A program made the position numbers and the translations under genes. A stretch of 64,000 nt of DNA. Source: an uncultured Verrucomicrobiae bacterium (GTDB lineage Bacteria > Verrucomicrobiota > Verrucomicrobiia > Limisphaerales > Palsa-1400). Within the stretch, counting starts at the first letter, position 1. Each line of letters starts with the position of its first letter. The stretch is taken from assembly GCA_963707025.1 (NCBI GenBank), contig CAVPOM010000017.1:32001-96000 (forward strand), given 5' to 3'. The notes beneath the pieces are model-generated. The model had not been told where the DNA came from. It saw only the letters and a list, made by a program, of their open reading frames with translations, and made no database searches. Positions 1 to 11,353 of this stretch are shown piece after piece.

Positions 1-1290
<1,290 letters not shown>

Positions 1291-2241
1291 ATATCGCGGA
1301 AACTAATGCCACGCGGGCCGGGCATTGCCAACTCCTTTCTTGTTTTTTTGCACTCCTCCCTTGCCCGGCTTCCGCCGGGGCGGCGAACCGGGCGTCAGAA
1401 AAACTCTTCAAATGGGTCGGCAACGCCTGTGTCCGGGCCAAAGCGGAACCGGCGATCTGCCCTCCCCGAGCCTTCGCCTTCAGGGCGCGCCTTCCGTTTC
1501 GTGGGCGGGGTTGAGGAACTTGCGGCGGGCGGCCTCAACCTCTTCATCGCTCATTCGGACGTATAATCCCCTGCGCACTTTTCCCTCGAATGCTTCCTGC
1601 TGTCTCGCATCAAAGCATCGCGGAGTGATTGGTGATCGGGAAAGCGGCATGGGGCCTCAGTCTTTTGCTTGAGATGTTGCAGGAACCGCTGATAGACAAA
1701 CGCTGCGTCTGTTGACACAAGTCCGACCACAACTCGATGCGGCAGGGAGTCGAAAGCCTTGCGGGCGTTCGTCTAGCGCCCATTTTAATCGCCTGTTTCC
1801 GTGCGCAAACGCACGTGAAATTTTTCTTCCGAAATTTTGCCTGTTCGCGCCTTTGCGTTAAAATGTCCTTCTTTGGCAACCTGCACGGCAGTCCAACACT
1901 CCGTTTGGCCAAAATCAGCCCCCACGGCAGCCAAAACCGCCTTTCCCACAAACTATTTTCACTTTTGCAAATCCGCTTGTTTGGGGGCAAAACCACTTTG
2001 ACCGGGTGTTGACAAGGCTTTTATTGGGGTCGAAGACCCCGTTTTTCGGCATGCATTTTGTACCCACGGTGGGCAGTCGCTTTTTCAAATCCGTGGTTTA
2101 ATAGTCCTATGAACCCTAAATTAACATTAGTCCAGCCGGAACATGCCAGCCACGACACCGATGAGGAAGGGGATGCCACCGCCGCGACCAAGCCCTGCGC
2201 GTCTCCCCAATTGAGAAACAGCGGCGACTTGGGCGCGGCGA

Positions 2242-2355
2242 TTGGGGAGCGCACGCGCCTTCGCGTGCAGTCAGCGACGCCCCCGTCGCTGACATCCGGC
2301 CGTGGGTTCAGCGAGGGCGCTGAACCCGGCACGCGAGGGCGCGTGCGCTCCCCAA
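2242..2355. repeat. REP-like branched palindrome
   Basis: 27-nt arms 2242-2268 and 2329-2355 (one mismatch, G.T) enclose two internal hairpins at 2270-2293 and 2304-2327. Confidence 0.8.
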
Positions 2356-2390
2356 CTACCGGCGAATCGGATGGGGCGCGCCGCCAGCCC

Positions 2391-2450
2391 CAATTTCAGT
2401 TAATTTCACCTGGTTTCACCTGGTTTCACTTGATTTCAGCTAATTTCAGT
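2391..2450. repeat. 6 x 10-bp degenerate tandem repeat with core TTTCA
   Basis: caatttcagt taatttcacc tggtttcacc tggtttcact tgatttcagc taatttcagt. Confidence 0.85.
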
Positions 2451-2704
2451 TCCGGAGGGCAGGGGGGGAGGGCTTCGCGGGAATGTTTTTCACACCGATT
2501 CGGACATTGCTTTCCTTTCAACTTATGATTTGTCCGGCCATTCCAAAACAAAGCGCGGCGAAACCCGCCCTTGACTCTCTCCCGGCCCTGGCCTCATCCT
2601 TGACGATATGAAACCCGCGCCAGTCCTCCAAGTACCGCGTTCCCGCCCCGGCCAGCGGGCCGCGATTCCTCGGGAAAGCACGGTCAAAGCTCCATCCTTT
2701 TAAT

Positions 2705-5242
2705 ATGAAAAAAGTTGCCCTCTTATCTCTCCTCCCGGTCCTCCTGGCCGGCGCGGCTTATGCCCAGGATGCCTCTTCCACCAACACCCCCGCCGCCGAG
2801 GCTCCAGCGCCTCCCCCGCCTTTGTTTGTGGTGGCGGGCGTTGATCGCGATGTGGTGATGCCTGGAAAAACCTACCTCATTGGGTATGCCGGGTATAACA
2901 ATCCCGCCCCGCGCCGCGGCGGCGGCGGCGGCGGACGGCGCAACGGCGGCGGCGCACCGGCCCGCACCGGCCCGGCGGTCACGGTCGCCTGGACCAAGGC
3001 TTCCGGCCCCGGCACGGTGACCTTCGCCGACAAGGACAAGGCGGAAACGACCGCGACCTTCTCCCAAACCGGCGCTTATGTTTTGCAATTGAGCGGCCAG
3101 AACGGCGCGACCAACCTCGCCTCCACCCTGACCGTGCGTGTGGCACAGGCGCCGCCCAAGGACCGCCTGGACGTGGTCTATACGAAGAACTATATAATTG
3201 ACAGCCCGCTCTGGAACGACCGCGCCAAGTCCTTGATCACCGGCTGGATTCCCCATTGCATTGATCAGATCAACCGCACCAACCTGACGCAGGGCCAGGG
3301 CGGGATTGATAATTTCATCGAAGCGGCCAAGGCGTTGCGCGGGGAGCCTTACACGCCCCACAAAGGGTATGTTTTCGCCAACGCCTGGGTCCATCAAACC
3401 GTCGAGGCCATGTCCATCGCACTCATGATTGATCCCCGGGGCGACCCGGACATCATCAAAGCCCAGGAAAAATTCCGCGCCACCCTGGAGGATTGGATTC
3501 CCAAGATTCTCGCCGCCCAGGAGCCGGACGGCTATCTGCAAACCGCTTTCACCGCCCGGCCGCCAAATTCACCCTGGACCGAACACTGGTCTCCGCGGTT
3601 TCGCGGCAATCACGAAGGCTACACCGCGGGCTACTTTATCGAATCCGCCATCAATCATTACACCATGACCGGCGGCAAGGACACCCGCCTCTATGACGCC
3701 GCCAAAAAGCTGGCCGACTGCTGGGTCGCCCACATCGGGCCGGAACCGGGCAAGAAAGTTTGGTTCGACGGCCATCAGGAGATGGAGCAGGCGCTGGTCC
3801 GCTTTGGGCGGTTCGTCAACGACATGGAGGGGAACAGGCGCGGCGACGCCTACGTCAAGCTGGCCAAATTTCTCCTCGATTCACGCCAGGGCGGTTCGGA
3901 ATACGATCAGAGCCACCTGCCCATGATCGAGCAATACGAGGCCGTGGGCCACGCCGTCCGCGCCGCCTACACCTACTCCGGCATGGCCGACGTCGCCGCC
4001 GAAACGCACGACACCGACTACCAGAGCGCGGTCCTTTCCCTGTGGGACAATATCGTCAACAAGAAGTATTATGTGACCGGCGGCATCGGCAGCGGCGAAA
4101 CCTCGGAAGGATTCGGCCCGAACTATTCCCTGCGCAACGGCGCCTACTGCGAATCCTGCTCCACTTGCGGCCTGATCTTCTTCCAATACAAAATGAACCT
4201 GGCCTACCACGACGCCAAGTACGCCGATTTGTACGAGGAATCCCTTTACAATGCCCTGCTCGGCGCGACCGATCTGGACGGCCAGACCTTCTTTTACGAC
4301 AACCCGCTGGTGGACGGCCGGCGCACCTCCTGGCACACCTGCCCCTGCTGCGTCGGCAACATCCCCCGCACCCTCCTCATGCTTCCCACCTGGACCTATG
4401 TCCGGGGCGACGACGGCCTCTACGTCAATCTTTTCATCGGCAGCACCATCAACGTGGAAAAGGTTTCCGGCCCCCCTTCCTTCCGGTTTCGCCCGTTGGG
4501 AAAACAGGCCAGCTACACCGAGCTCGTCCCCACTCCCAAGACCGGAGTGCAAATGGTGCAAAAAACCGATTATCCGTGGAGCGGCAATGTTTCCATCACC
4601 GTCAATCCCAAGGAATCAAAGAAGTTCACCGTTTATGTGCGCGTGCCCAACCGCGGCACCAGCGAGCTTTACACCGATGCTCCCCAGGTTAGCGGCCTGG
4701 TTTCCCTCGCCGTCAACGGCCAAAAAATGACGCCGCAAATTGACAAAGGTTACGCCGTCATCAACCGCACCTGGCGCGCCGGCGACAAGATTGAGGTCGT
4801 GCTGCCCATGCAAGTCCAGCGCGTCACGGCCGACCCGCAAATCGCGGCGGACAGGGGACTGGAGGCGCTGCGCTATGGTCCTCTGCTTTACAATGTGGAA
4901 CGGGCGGACAACGCCGCCATCACCAATGCCATCGGCAACGGGCCATTGACGGCGGTGTGGCGGCCGGACCTCCTGCACGGCGTCATGGCCATCACCGGCA
5001 CCTGGGCTGACGGCAGCCCGCTCCTGGCCATTCCCAATTACGCCCGCCTCAATCGTCTCGCCCAGACCGCCCCCGCCCCCGCGGCCGGCGGCGATGCCTC
5101 CATCAACTATGCCGGCAACACCTCCACCAACGCGCCCGGCTCAACCAACCGGGTCGCCGCGGGTGGCGGCGGTTTCGCCGGCGGCCGTGGCGGCCGTGGC
5201 GGCCCGGTGCGTTCCGAAGTCTGGATCAAGGCGCAGCCTTGA
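2705..5242 (+). CDS. Secreted glycoside hydrolase family 127 (beta-L-arabinofuranosidase-like) with N-terminal PKD-like domain
   Basis: Signal peptide; HEGY, GHAVRAAY, YCESC, CPCCVGN and TDYPWSG motifs typical of GH127. Confidence 0.85.
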   Translation: MKKVALLSLLPVLLAGAAYAQDASSTNTPAAEAPAPPPPLFVVAGVDRDVVMPGKTYLIGYAGYNNPAPRRGGGGGGRRNGGGAPARTGPAVTVAWTKASGPGTVTFADKDKAETTATFSQTGAYVLQLSGQNGATNLASTLTVRVAQAPPKDRLDVVYTKNYIIDSPLWNDRAKSLITGWIPHCIDQINRTNLTQGQGGIDNFIEAAKALRGEPYTPHKGYVFANAWVHQTVEAMSIALMIDPRGDPDIIKAQEKFRATLEDWIPKILAAQEPDGYLQTAFTARPPNSPWTEHWSPRFRGNHEGYTAGYFIESAINHYTMTGGKDTRLYDAAKKLADCWVAHIGPEPGKKVWFDGHQEMEQALVRFGRFVNDMEGNRRGDAYVKLAKFLLDSRQGGSEYDQSHLPMIEQYEAVGHAVRAAYTYSGMADVAAETHDTDYQSAVLSLWDNIVNKKYYVTGGIGSGETSEGFGPNYSLRNGAYCESCSTCGLIFFQYKMNLAYHDAKYADLYEESLYNALLGATDLDGQTFFYDNPLVDGRRTSWHTCPCCVGNIPRTLLMLPTWTYVRGDDGLYVNLFIGSTINVEKVSGPPSFRFRPLGKQASYTELVPTPKTGVQMVQKTDYPWSGNVSITVNPKESKKFTVYVRVPNRGTSELYTDAPQVSGLVSLAVNGQKMTPQIDKGYAVINRTWRAGDKIEVVLPMQVQRVTADPQIAADRGLEALRYGPLLYNVERADNAAITNAIGNGPLTAVWRPDLLHGVMAITGTWADGSPLLAIPNYARLNRLAQTAPAPAAGGDASINYAGNTSTNAPGSTNRVAAGGGGFAGGRGGRGGPVRSEVWIKAQP

Positions 5243-5250
5243 TTGTCCGT

Positions 5251-5275
5251 TGTAGCGGCGGTCTGTGACCGCCGC
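5251..5275 (+). repeat. GTAG-type REP palindrome
   Basis: TGTAGCGGCGGTCTGTGACCGCCGC; inverted near-identical copy at 8641-8665. Confidence 0.75.
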
Positions 5276-5315
5276 ACTCCGAATTGAGGGGGGGGCGTAA
5301 TCGCGGCCTGATCTT

Positions 5316-7136
5316 ATGAAGAGCATATTCTTAGTATTGACTGCGCTGGTGACCACCTCCTGCGCGCCGTTCCTCCAGCCGCCGCCGCAAACATTGTCCT
5401 TCGTCGTCTCCCTGGAGCACCCCGCCGACAGGCTTTGCCATGTGGATTTTCATTGCGACGGGCTGAATGGCGGGACGCACGACTTCATCATGCCAGCCTG
5501 GACGCCCGGGTACTACCGGATGATGAACTACGCCAAAAACGTCACCAATTTCACCGCCCGGGACGGCGCGGGCCGCGCCCTGGCGTGGGCCAGGACCGAC
5601 AGCAACACCTGGCGGGTCCAATCCGGCGGCGCCGCCGTCCTGACCGTCAGCTACGATGTCATCCCCGGCCAGGCGATTTTCCAAAGCAGCCTGAGCGAAG
5701 CCAGCGCCTACATCGCGCCCACCGGCACCTACATGCACTTGGACGGCCAGATTCTGCACCCCGTCACTGTCACCCTCAAGCCCAAGGACGGCTGGACCAC
5801 CATCGCCACCGGCCTGGACCCCGTGCCCGGCCGGAGCAACACCTTTTACGCGCCGAACTTCGATATTCTCTATGACTGCCCGACGTTGCTGGGCAAATTG
5901 GAGGTCCTGCCCTTTGCGGTGCGGGGCATCCACCACGAATTCGACGGCCTGAACCTGGGCGAATTTGATCGCGCGAAATTCGTCAGCGAACTCAAGCGCA
6001 TGGTCGAATCGGCCACCACGATGATGGGTGATATTCCTTACCAACATTATACCTTCATCGTCAGCGGGCGCGGCGGCGGCATTGAGCATCTGGACGAAAC
6101 GACGCTGCCATTTAACGGTTCGAGCATCAGCACGGCGGTGGGGAACAAAAAATGGCTGAGCTTCGTGGCGCACGAGTACTTTCATAATTTCAACGTCAAG
6201 CGCATCCGCCCCATCGTGCTCGGCCCGTTTGATTACGAGCACGAAAACCGCACCAGCATGCTCTGGGTTTCCGAGGGCTTCACCGTCTATTACGAATGGA
6301 TCATCCTCCGCCGCGCCGGCCTGCTGGACGCGGAGGATGTGTTGAACGGTTCGGGCGGGGAGCGGGGCTTTCGCGGTTTGTCCGGGTCCATCGCCGCCTA
6401 TGAAAACTCTCCCGGCCATCTTTACCAGTCGGCGGCGGAGGCGAGCTGGAAGGAATGGGACCAGCCCTCCTTCGGCGGCTCCAACCGCGGCGGCCCCAGG
6501 CTGACCATCAGCTATTATGACAAAGGCCCCGTGCTGGGCGCCTTGCTCGACTTGAAAATCCGCCATGAGTCGCAAAACAGAAAGTCCCTCGATGACGTCA
6601 TGCGCGGCCTCTACAAGGAGTATTACCAGGATAAGAAGTGCGGCTTCACCGACCTGGAATTTCGCCAGATGTGCGAACGCATGGCCGGCGCCAGGCTGGA
6701 GGAGGAGTTCGACCGCGCCTACACCACCAAGCCGGTGGACTATCCCAAGTATTTCGACTATGCCGGCCTGGATATTGTCATGCCCAAACCGCTGCCCGGC
6801 GGCGCTTTTGGCGCGATGGTGCGCGACAGCAACGGCAAACTCACCGTCACCGCCGTGGAACCCCTTTCCTCCGCCGCCCAGGCGGGCCTTCTGGCGCAGG
6901 ACGAAATCGCCACCGCCGACGGTGCAGCCGTCACCGCCGCCTCCTTCAACCAACTCCTCGATTCCAAGAAGCCGGGCGATGAAATTGAAGTCGCCTATTC
7001 CCGCGCCGGCGCAACCCACACCGCCAGGATTGCCTTGGGCCGCAAGATGGACAATGCCACCTTCGCCATCACCCCCCAGCCGCATCCCACCGCCCTGCAA
7101 GCCGCCATCCTAAAAGACTGGCTGCGCGGCCCGTAG
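5316..7136 (+). CDS. M61 family metallopeptidase with C-terminal PDZ domain, probable lipoprotein
   Basis: MPAWTPGYY, GGGIEH, AHEYFHNFNVKRIRP, LWVSEGFTVYY, ISYYDKG; N-terminal Cys lipobox-like. Confidence 0.9.
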   Translation: MKSIFLVLTALVTTSCAPFLQPPPQTLSFVVSLEHPADRLCHVDFHCDGLNGGTHDFIMPAWTPGYYRMMNYAKNVTNFTARDGAGRALAWARTDSNTWRVQSGGAAVLTVSYDVIPGQAIFQSSLSEASAYIAPTGTYMHLDGQILHPVTVTLKPKDGWTTIATGLDPVPGRSNTFYAPNFDILYDCPTLLGKLEVLPFAVRGIHHEFDGLNLGEFDRAKFVSELKRMVESATTMMGDIPYQHYTFIVSGRGGGIEHLDETTLPFNGSSISTAVGNKKWLSFVAHEYFHNFNVKRIRPIVLGPFDYEHENRTSMLWVSEGFTVYYEWIILRRAGLLDAEDVLNGSGGERGFRGLSGSIAAYENSPGHLYQSAAEASWKEWDQPSFGGSNRGGPRLTISYYDKGPVLGALLDLKIRHESQNRKSLDDVMRGLYKEYYQDKKCGFTDLEFRQMCERMAGARLEEEFDRAYTTKPVDYPKYFDYAGLDIVMPKPLPGGAFGAMVRDSNGKLTVTAVEPLSSAAQAGLLAQDEIATADGAAVTAASFNQLLDSKKPGDEIEVAYSRAGATHTARIALGRKMDNATFAITPQPHPTALQAAILKDWLRGP

Positions 7137-7160
7137 CCCCCAAATGAACCTTTAGGATAA

Positions 7161-8522
7161 ATGTCCCCGATCCTTGCAGACGGCATCAACATCCCAATGG
7201 TATTGGAGGGCGGGATCTTAGTTCTGGCACCAGTAATGCTTTTTGAAATCTTGGTGGAAGCGGCCCTCTTGTCGAAGTTGTGGGGGCGACCTTTTCGTCA
7301 ACTCTGCCGATTCACTTTCCGCGCCAACTGCTGGTCGCTTTTGGCGGGAATCCCGGTTCTGTTTCTGAGTTATTGGATACACGACAGGATGGTGCCGGAG
7401 GATTTGCCGGGTTACTCTGTCAAGGAACCGTTGGCCTTCTCCACCGTGGCCTTGATCTATTTCCTTGCCACCGTAATGGTAGAGGGTGCAACTGCCTTCC
7501 GCTGGCTTCGCCGGAGTGAGACCGCGCTGCCTGCCAACACAACGTGGAAAGGAGTTCTGCTCGCAAACCTGGCCACTTACGCCGTGCTTGCGCCGCTGTT
7601 TTACTACACTTCTCACCCGATCTCCCCGATTCGCGAGTTTGCCTCCAACGCCGCGTGGTCGAGCCATCCGAAAGTAAAGGTCGTATTCATTGACGGCCAG
7701 GATGGACGCCTAAAATCGGTATGTGTGGACGGGTCTGACCGGGAGACGGTTGTGCCGATGAAGGTTAGGGATTATCTGGTTTCAGGGGATTTGAAGACCT
7801 GCCTTTTCCGGGATTCGTTCCGCAATCTTTGCCTTTATCGCCGGGATGCCAGTCAGAGCAATTTGGTCAATCTGGTGTTGGGAACCGAGGAGCGATTTCG
7901 GATGAACCAAGTTGCATTCAGCCCCTCTGGGCGATTCGTGGCTTTTGCCAGCGCGCTGGGGAAGTATGTTGAAGTAATTAACGTCGCGTCTGGCAAAGGG
8001 GTGCGCCAATCGTTGGACGCTCAAGCAATCCGCTCCGGCAACCCTTCCATCGCGTGGTCAAGTGAAGAGAGCCGGCTTATTGTGCGTGGCTTCACCGCCG
8101 ATTCCGCGATCACAATCCAGCCGGACTTCACCCTCACCTACCACCCGATTGCCGGCACCAACGGTTTGGTTGTTTTTGTGTGCTACGGTCACTCTGCGGG
8201 CGATGATTCAGAACAGTCTTATGCTCAAGATTCCTACGGAGACGTTGAGGTGGTGGACTTGGATGCTTATGGCAGGAGCATTCTCTCAGTCCATCGGAAG
8301 AATGAAGCGGAAAAGCCCATCCTATACTTGTCGGTGCCAAAAGCTCGCTATCCCTTGCCCAGGTTTTCTTCGGACGCTGCGTTTCTCGAGGGTGGCCGGG
8401 AATGCCTCTTCGAGGCCAATGGCCGAATCTACCTTTTGGACATCACCGCGAAACGAGTCGGAATGGTGGCAAGCGGGGACGCTTTCATCCTCCTGACCGA
8501 CCGTTATCAGAGCCGGCCTTGA
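7161..8522 (+). CDS. Hypothetical membrane protein with C-terminal TolB/WD40-like beta-propeller
   Basis: 453-aa ORF; about four N-terminal hydrophobic segments; VAFSPSGRFVAF motif; codon style less GC-biased than neighbours. Confidence 0.6.
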   Translation: MSPILADGINIPMVLEGGILVLAPVMLFEILVEAALLSKLWGRPFRQLCRFTFRANCWSLLAGIPVLFLSYWIHDRMVPEDLPGYSVKEPLAFSTVALIYFLATVMVEGATAFRWLRRSETALPANTTWKGVLLANLATYAVLAPLFYYTSHPISPIREFASNAAWSSHPKVKVVFIDGQDGRLKSVCVDGSDRETVVPMKVRDYLVSGDLKTCLFRDSFRNLCLYRRDASQSNLVNLVLGTEERFRMNQVAFSPSGRFVAFASALGKYVEVINVASGKGVRQSLDAQAIRSGNPSIAWSSEESRLIVRGFTADSAITIQPDFTLTYHPIAGTNGLVVFVCYGHSAGDDSEQSYAQDSYGDVEVVDLDAYGRSILSVHRKNEAEKPILYLSVPKARYPLPRFSSDAAFLEGGRECLFEANGRIYLLDITAKRVGMVASGDAFILLTDRYQSRP

Positions 8523-8640
8523 GTACATAGTTGTCGTCGGCGCAGGGGTCTCGGCGGGGTCAAACCGAATTATTGGCTTATTGATGTTCGTCGCGCCAAA
8601 ACCCCGGAGAACCGCTGGCCAGGGGGAAGGCGCCATGCTG

Positions 8641-8665
8641 GCGGCGGTCATAGACCGCCGCTACA
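8641..8665 (-). repeat. GTAG-type REP palindrome (inverted copy)
   Basis: Reverse complement TGTAGCGGCGGTCTATGACCGCCGC, 24/25 identical to 5251-5275. Confidence 0.75.
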
Positions 8666-8679
8666 GGGGGGTTTGGGAA

Positions 8680-10311
8680 TCACTGCGGGACGGTGGCGGC
8701 GTCGAGATTGAAGCGGTTGCTCGGGCCGATTTGCACCTGGCCGGTCACGCGCCAGAATGGGCCGGCGGGCGCGGCGCCGGAGGCGTTGGCCGCGTTGTTT
8801 TTATAATTGACGTTGTTGTTGTCCAGAAAGTTCTGATTTTGACTGGCCGGGGGGCGGACTGGCGCCGGCGCCGCGTTTTTCAAGGCCTCATAATTGCCGG
8901 CCAATATCTGGGATTGATTGGACAGATTCCCGCCGGCCAGAGATGCGCCCGGTTGCAACGGCACATTGATGCAGCTTCCCACGATGGTGACGGACTGGTT
9001 GAGCTTCCGGTTCAAGCCGCTGACTTGAAAGGCGAAGCCGCTGCCGTCGCCGGCCTGTGGTGCTCCGGCCAATTTCGCCAGGTCCGCGCCGGGGGCCGGG
9101 GCTTGAATTTGCGCGGCGTTGTCATAAATCGCCGACTTGGGCGGCAACTCGCCGGCGTTGGCCTGGGCATCCACGTATCCATTTTTTTGCGCCGCGACAT
9201 TGCCGCTGTAAGCGTTCTGCTGCGCCACGCCCGCCGCGTTGGCCGCGCCGGGTGGAACACCCGCATCCTTGGCGGCCCGGCGCTCGGCCAGGTCGGCCGC
9301 CTGCAACTTGTCGAGCAGCTCCGGAGTTACCACCCGCCCCTCGTAATCCGAGCCGTCCGCGTCCACGATGCGAACCAACTCTCCAGTCCGTTCAATCTGA
9401 AACGAGGCCAGGACCTGGGACGACGGCGTTTCGATCTTCTTGACACTATCCGCGAGGGCATTTTGGGCCGGCGGCAGTTCTGATCGAAACATGCGTTGCG
9501 CGAAGGTGGCAGAGGCTTGCGCACGGCGGGTTGCGGCCGAAGATTCGGCTTGGCCGGCCACGACCTGTCTTCCGGTTGCGGCCGGTGGAATGGAAGCAAG
9601 TTGCGAAGGCGGTTTTGCGGCTGCCAAGCGCGCACCGCCACCACGGCCGCCACCGCCGCCTCCGCCGAAGCCGCCAGCGACACCGCCTCTGGCTGCGCCG
9701 CCTGCAATTTCGCCGCCGGCAATGCCGGCAGGCTCGTTGGCGGGGAGACCGCCGGTGGTTGCCAGGTTCGGCGGTTCCTTTGATTTCTCGAACGTCGCCT
9801 TCGCGCCGGCCTCGTCCAACGAACGCGACCGATCCATTGCCAGCAGGTCGTTCGTGGCCGGTGCGGAAAGAGCGGCAGCCCCAAGCGGGGTCCTGGCAGC
9901 CTCGGCCAATGGGGCCTCTTTGGCGGCCACCGGCGGCAGCATGGCGGGCGCGGCCGCCGGTTGGCCGGGCGCCGGCGCCGGCGCAGCGGCTGCGAGCGAA
10001 GCTGGGGCGGTTTTTTTATCGGCTTTGGCAAATTGCTTGCTTTTGGCTTTGCCCGGCACGCCCAGCAGGCAGAACATCACCAGCGCGGCGACCGCTCCAC
10101 CCAGGGCCAGACGCAGCCAGCCGGTCAGGGAAAGTCCCCAGCGCGGCGCGGGCGCGGCGGTGGGTTTCCCCAGGGTGCGGCGGACCTCCTCCTGCAAGCG
10201 CGCGCGAACGTCGGGCGACATCTCGAAGGGCGCTCCGGCTTCCTCCCGGCGCTGGCGGGCGTAGGCCCGGAGCAGGTCTTCCATTTTCTTGTTTGGATCC
10301 GGCGGCGGCAT
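8680..10311 (-). CDS. Putative anti-sigma-like single-pass membrane protein
   Basis: Starts 7 nt downstream of the ECF sigma; short cytoplasmic helical N-terminus, one TM helix, long Ala/Pro/Gly-rich extracytoplasmic region. Confidence 0.55.
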   Translation of the reverse strand: MPPPDPNKKMEDLLRAYARQRREEAGAPFEMSPDVRARLQEEVRRTLGKPTAAPAPRWGLSLTGWLRLALGGAVAALVMFCLLGVPGKAKSKQFAKADKKTAPASLAAAAPAPAPGQPAAAPAMLPPVAAKEAPLAEAARTPLGAAALSAPATNDLLAMDRSRSLDEAGAKATFEKSKEPPNLATTGGLPANEPAGIAGGEIAGGAARGGVAGGFGGGGGGGRGGGARLAAAKPPSQLASIPPAATGRQVVAGQAESSAATRRAQASATFAQRMFRSELPPAQNALADSVKKIETPSSQVLASFQIERTGELVRIVDADGSDYEGRVVTPELLDKLQAADLAERRAAKDAGVPPGAANAAGVAQQNAYSGNVAAQKNGYVDAQANAGELPPKSAIYDNAAQIQAPAPGADLAKLAGAPQAGDGSGFAFQVSGLNRKLNQSVTIVGSCINVPLQPGASLAGGNLSNQSQILAGNYEALKNAAPAPVRPPASQNQNFLDNNNVNYKNNAANASGAAPAGPFWRVTGQVQIGPSNRFNLDAATVPQ

Positions 10312-10317
10312 ATAGGA

Positions 10318-10938
10318 TTAGACGGTAAAACGCGCTGATTTCCCGTCGCAAAGCACTTTGTTCATAATTTTCTCCAGGTGGCCGAGGCATTTGCTCAGGC
10401 GCGAACTGACGGTTTTGGAATTCAGACTCAATTCCGCCGCAATCTCATCATAGCTCAAATCGGCGAAATAGCGCAGTTCAATAATCTCGCGGCAGGGCTG
10501 GCCCAATTGTTCCAGGGCCTGGGCCACCTGCGCGCCGCGCTCGGCCTGGAGCAGAAGCGCGTCCGGGCCGGGCAAGGGGCTGGGCGGATCGGGCGCCAGG
10601 CCGGTCTCGGGATGGGCGGCGTGGAGGGAAAGGGGAGCCACTCCGCCGCCGCGCTTGGCCGCCTGCTGGCGCTGGCGGTAATCCCGCGCCTTGTTGGCGG
10701 CGATGCGGAAGACCCAGGTTTGCAGCCGGCTGCCCCCCTTGAAGGAAGGCAGGTTCTTGATGACCGCCAGGAAGGTTTCCTGGCAGATTTCCTCCATGTC
10801 CTCGCGCGACAAGCCCGGCGACAATTGGAAAATGAACCGGCCGGACGCGGCATAATGAAGGTCAAAGAGCCTGTCCCAGGCCTCCCTGTCGCCCTGGCGG
10901 CAGAGCGCGATCAATTGTGCTTCAGTTTCCAGACTCAT
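10318..10938 (-). CDS. ECF RNA polymerase sigma factor
   Basis: QETFLAVIKNLPSFKGGSRLQTWVFRIAAN (region 2) and LSYDEIAAELSLNSKTVSSRL (region 4 HTH). Confidence 0.9.
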   Translation of the reverse strand: MSLETEAQLIALCRQGDREAWDRLFDLHYAASGRFIFQLSPGLSREDMEEICQETFLAVIKNLPSFKGGSRLQTWVFRIAANKARDYRQRQQAAKRGGGVAPLSLHAAHPETGLAPDPPSPLPGPDALLLQAERGAQVAQALEQLGQPCREIIELRYFADLSYDEIAAELSLNSKTVSSRLSKCLGHLEKIMNKVLCDGKSARFTV

Positions 10939-11252
10939 GGTCACTTGGATGCCTTGGCATTGACAGTCCGGCGGCATGGCTTGCTCAATGGCGGCACGCC
11001 CCGTCCCAAGGTTGCGCCAGACACAGGCAAAATACCAACCTCATTGAACAAACAATCGCGCAGTCCCGTCTTTCCACCTTCCCACCACACGGGTGGAATC
11101 CCGATGCAATCGGGACCCGTCCCGCCGGACCGCTGGTCCGGCGGAAGAGAGCGGACATGAAGCAAACCTTCCGGAGAAGCCGGTGGCCGGCGGCCCGGCG
11201 GATTGGCGCGGCGAAGAGTTCAGCGTCGCGACACGCCGGCTGACACTGGTGC

Positions 11253-11280
11253 TTGACAACGCCGCAGACGGGTGTAGTTT
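11253..11280 (+). promoter_or_regulatory. Sigma70-like promoter TTGACA-N16-TAGTTT
   Basis: Perfect -35 hexamer about 100 nt upstream of the ATG at 11354. Confidence 0.45.
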
Positions 11281-11353
11281 GATTAAAATTGCCGGGCGGA
11301 TGGCAAGATTGGAGCATCAGGTTCGGCAACAGAGAACCGCAGAATTAGCAGTT

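Noticed and set aside
1480..1650. 56-aa minus-strand ORF MPLSRSP..RRKFLNPAHETEGAP upstream of hppA
   Set aside because: No recognisable motif or clear RBS; cannot be supported without a homology search
11040..11250. Riboswitch or named ncRNA between the ECF sigma and the Kelch gene
   Set aside because: Hairpins exist (TCCCGAT-gca-ATCGGGA; CCGCCGGACC-gct-GGTCCGGCGG) but I recognise no family consensus; they look REP-like
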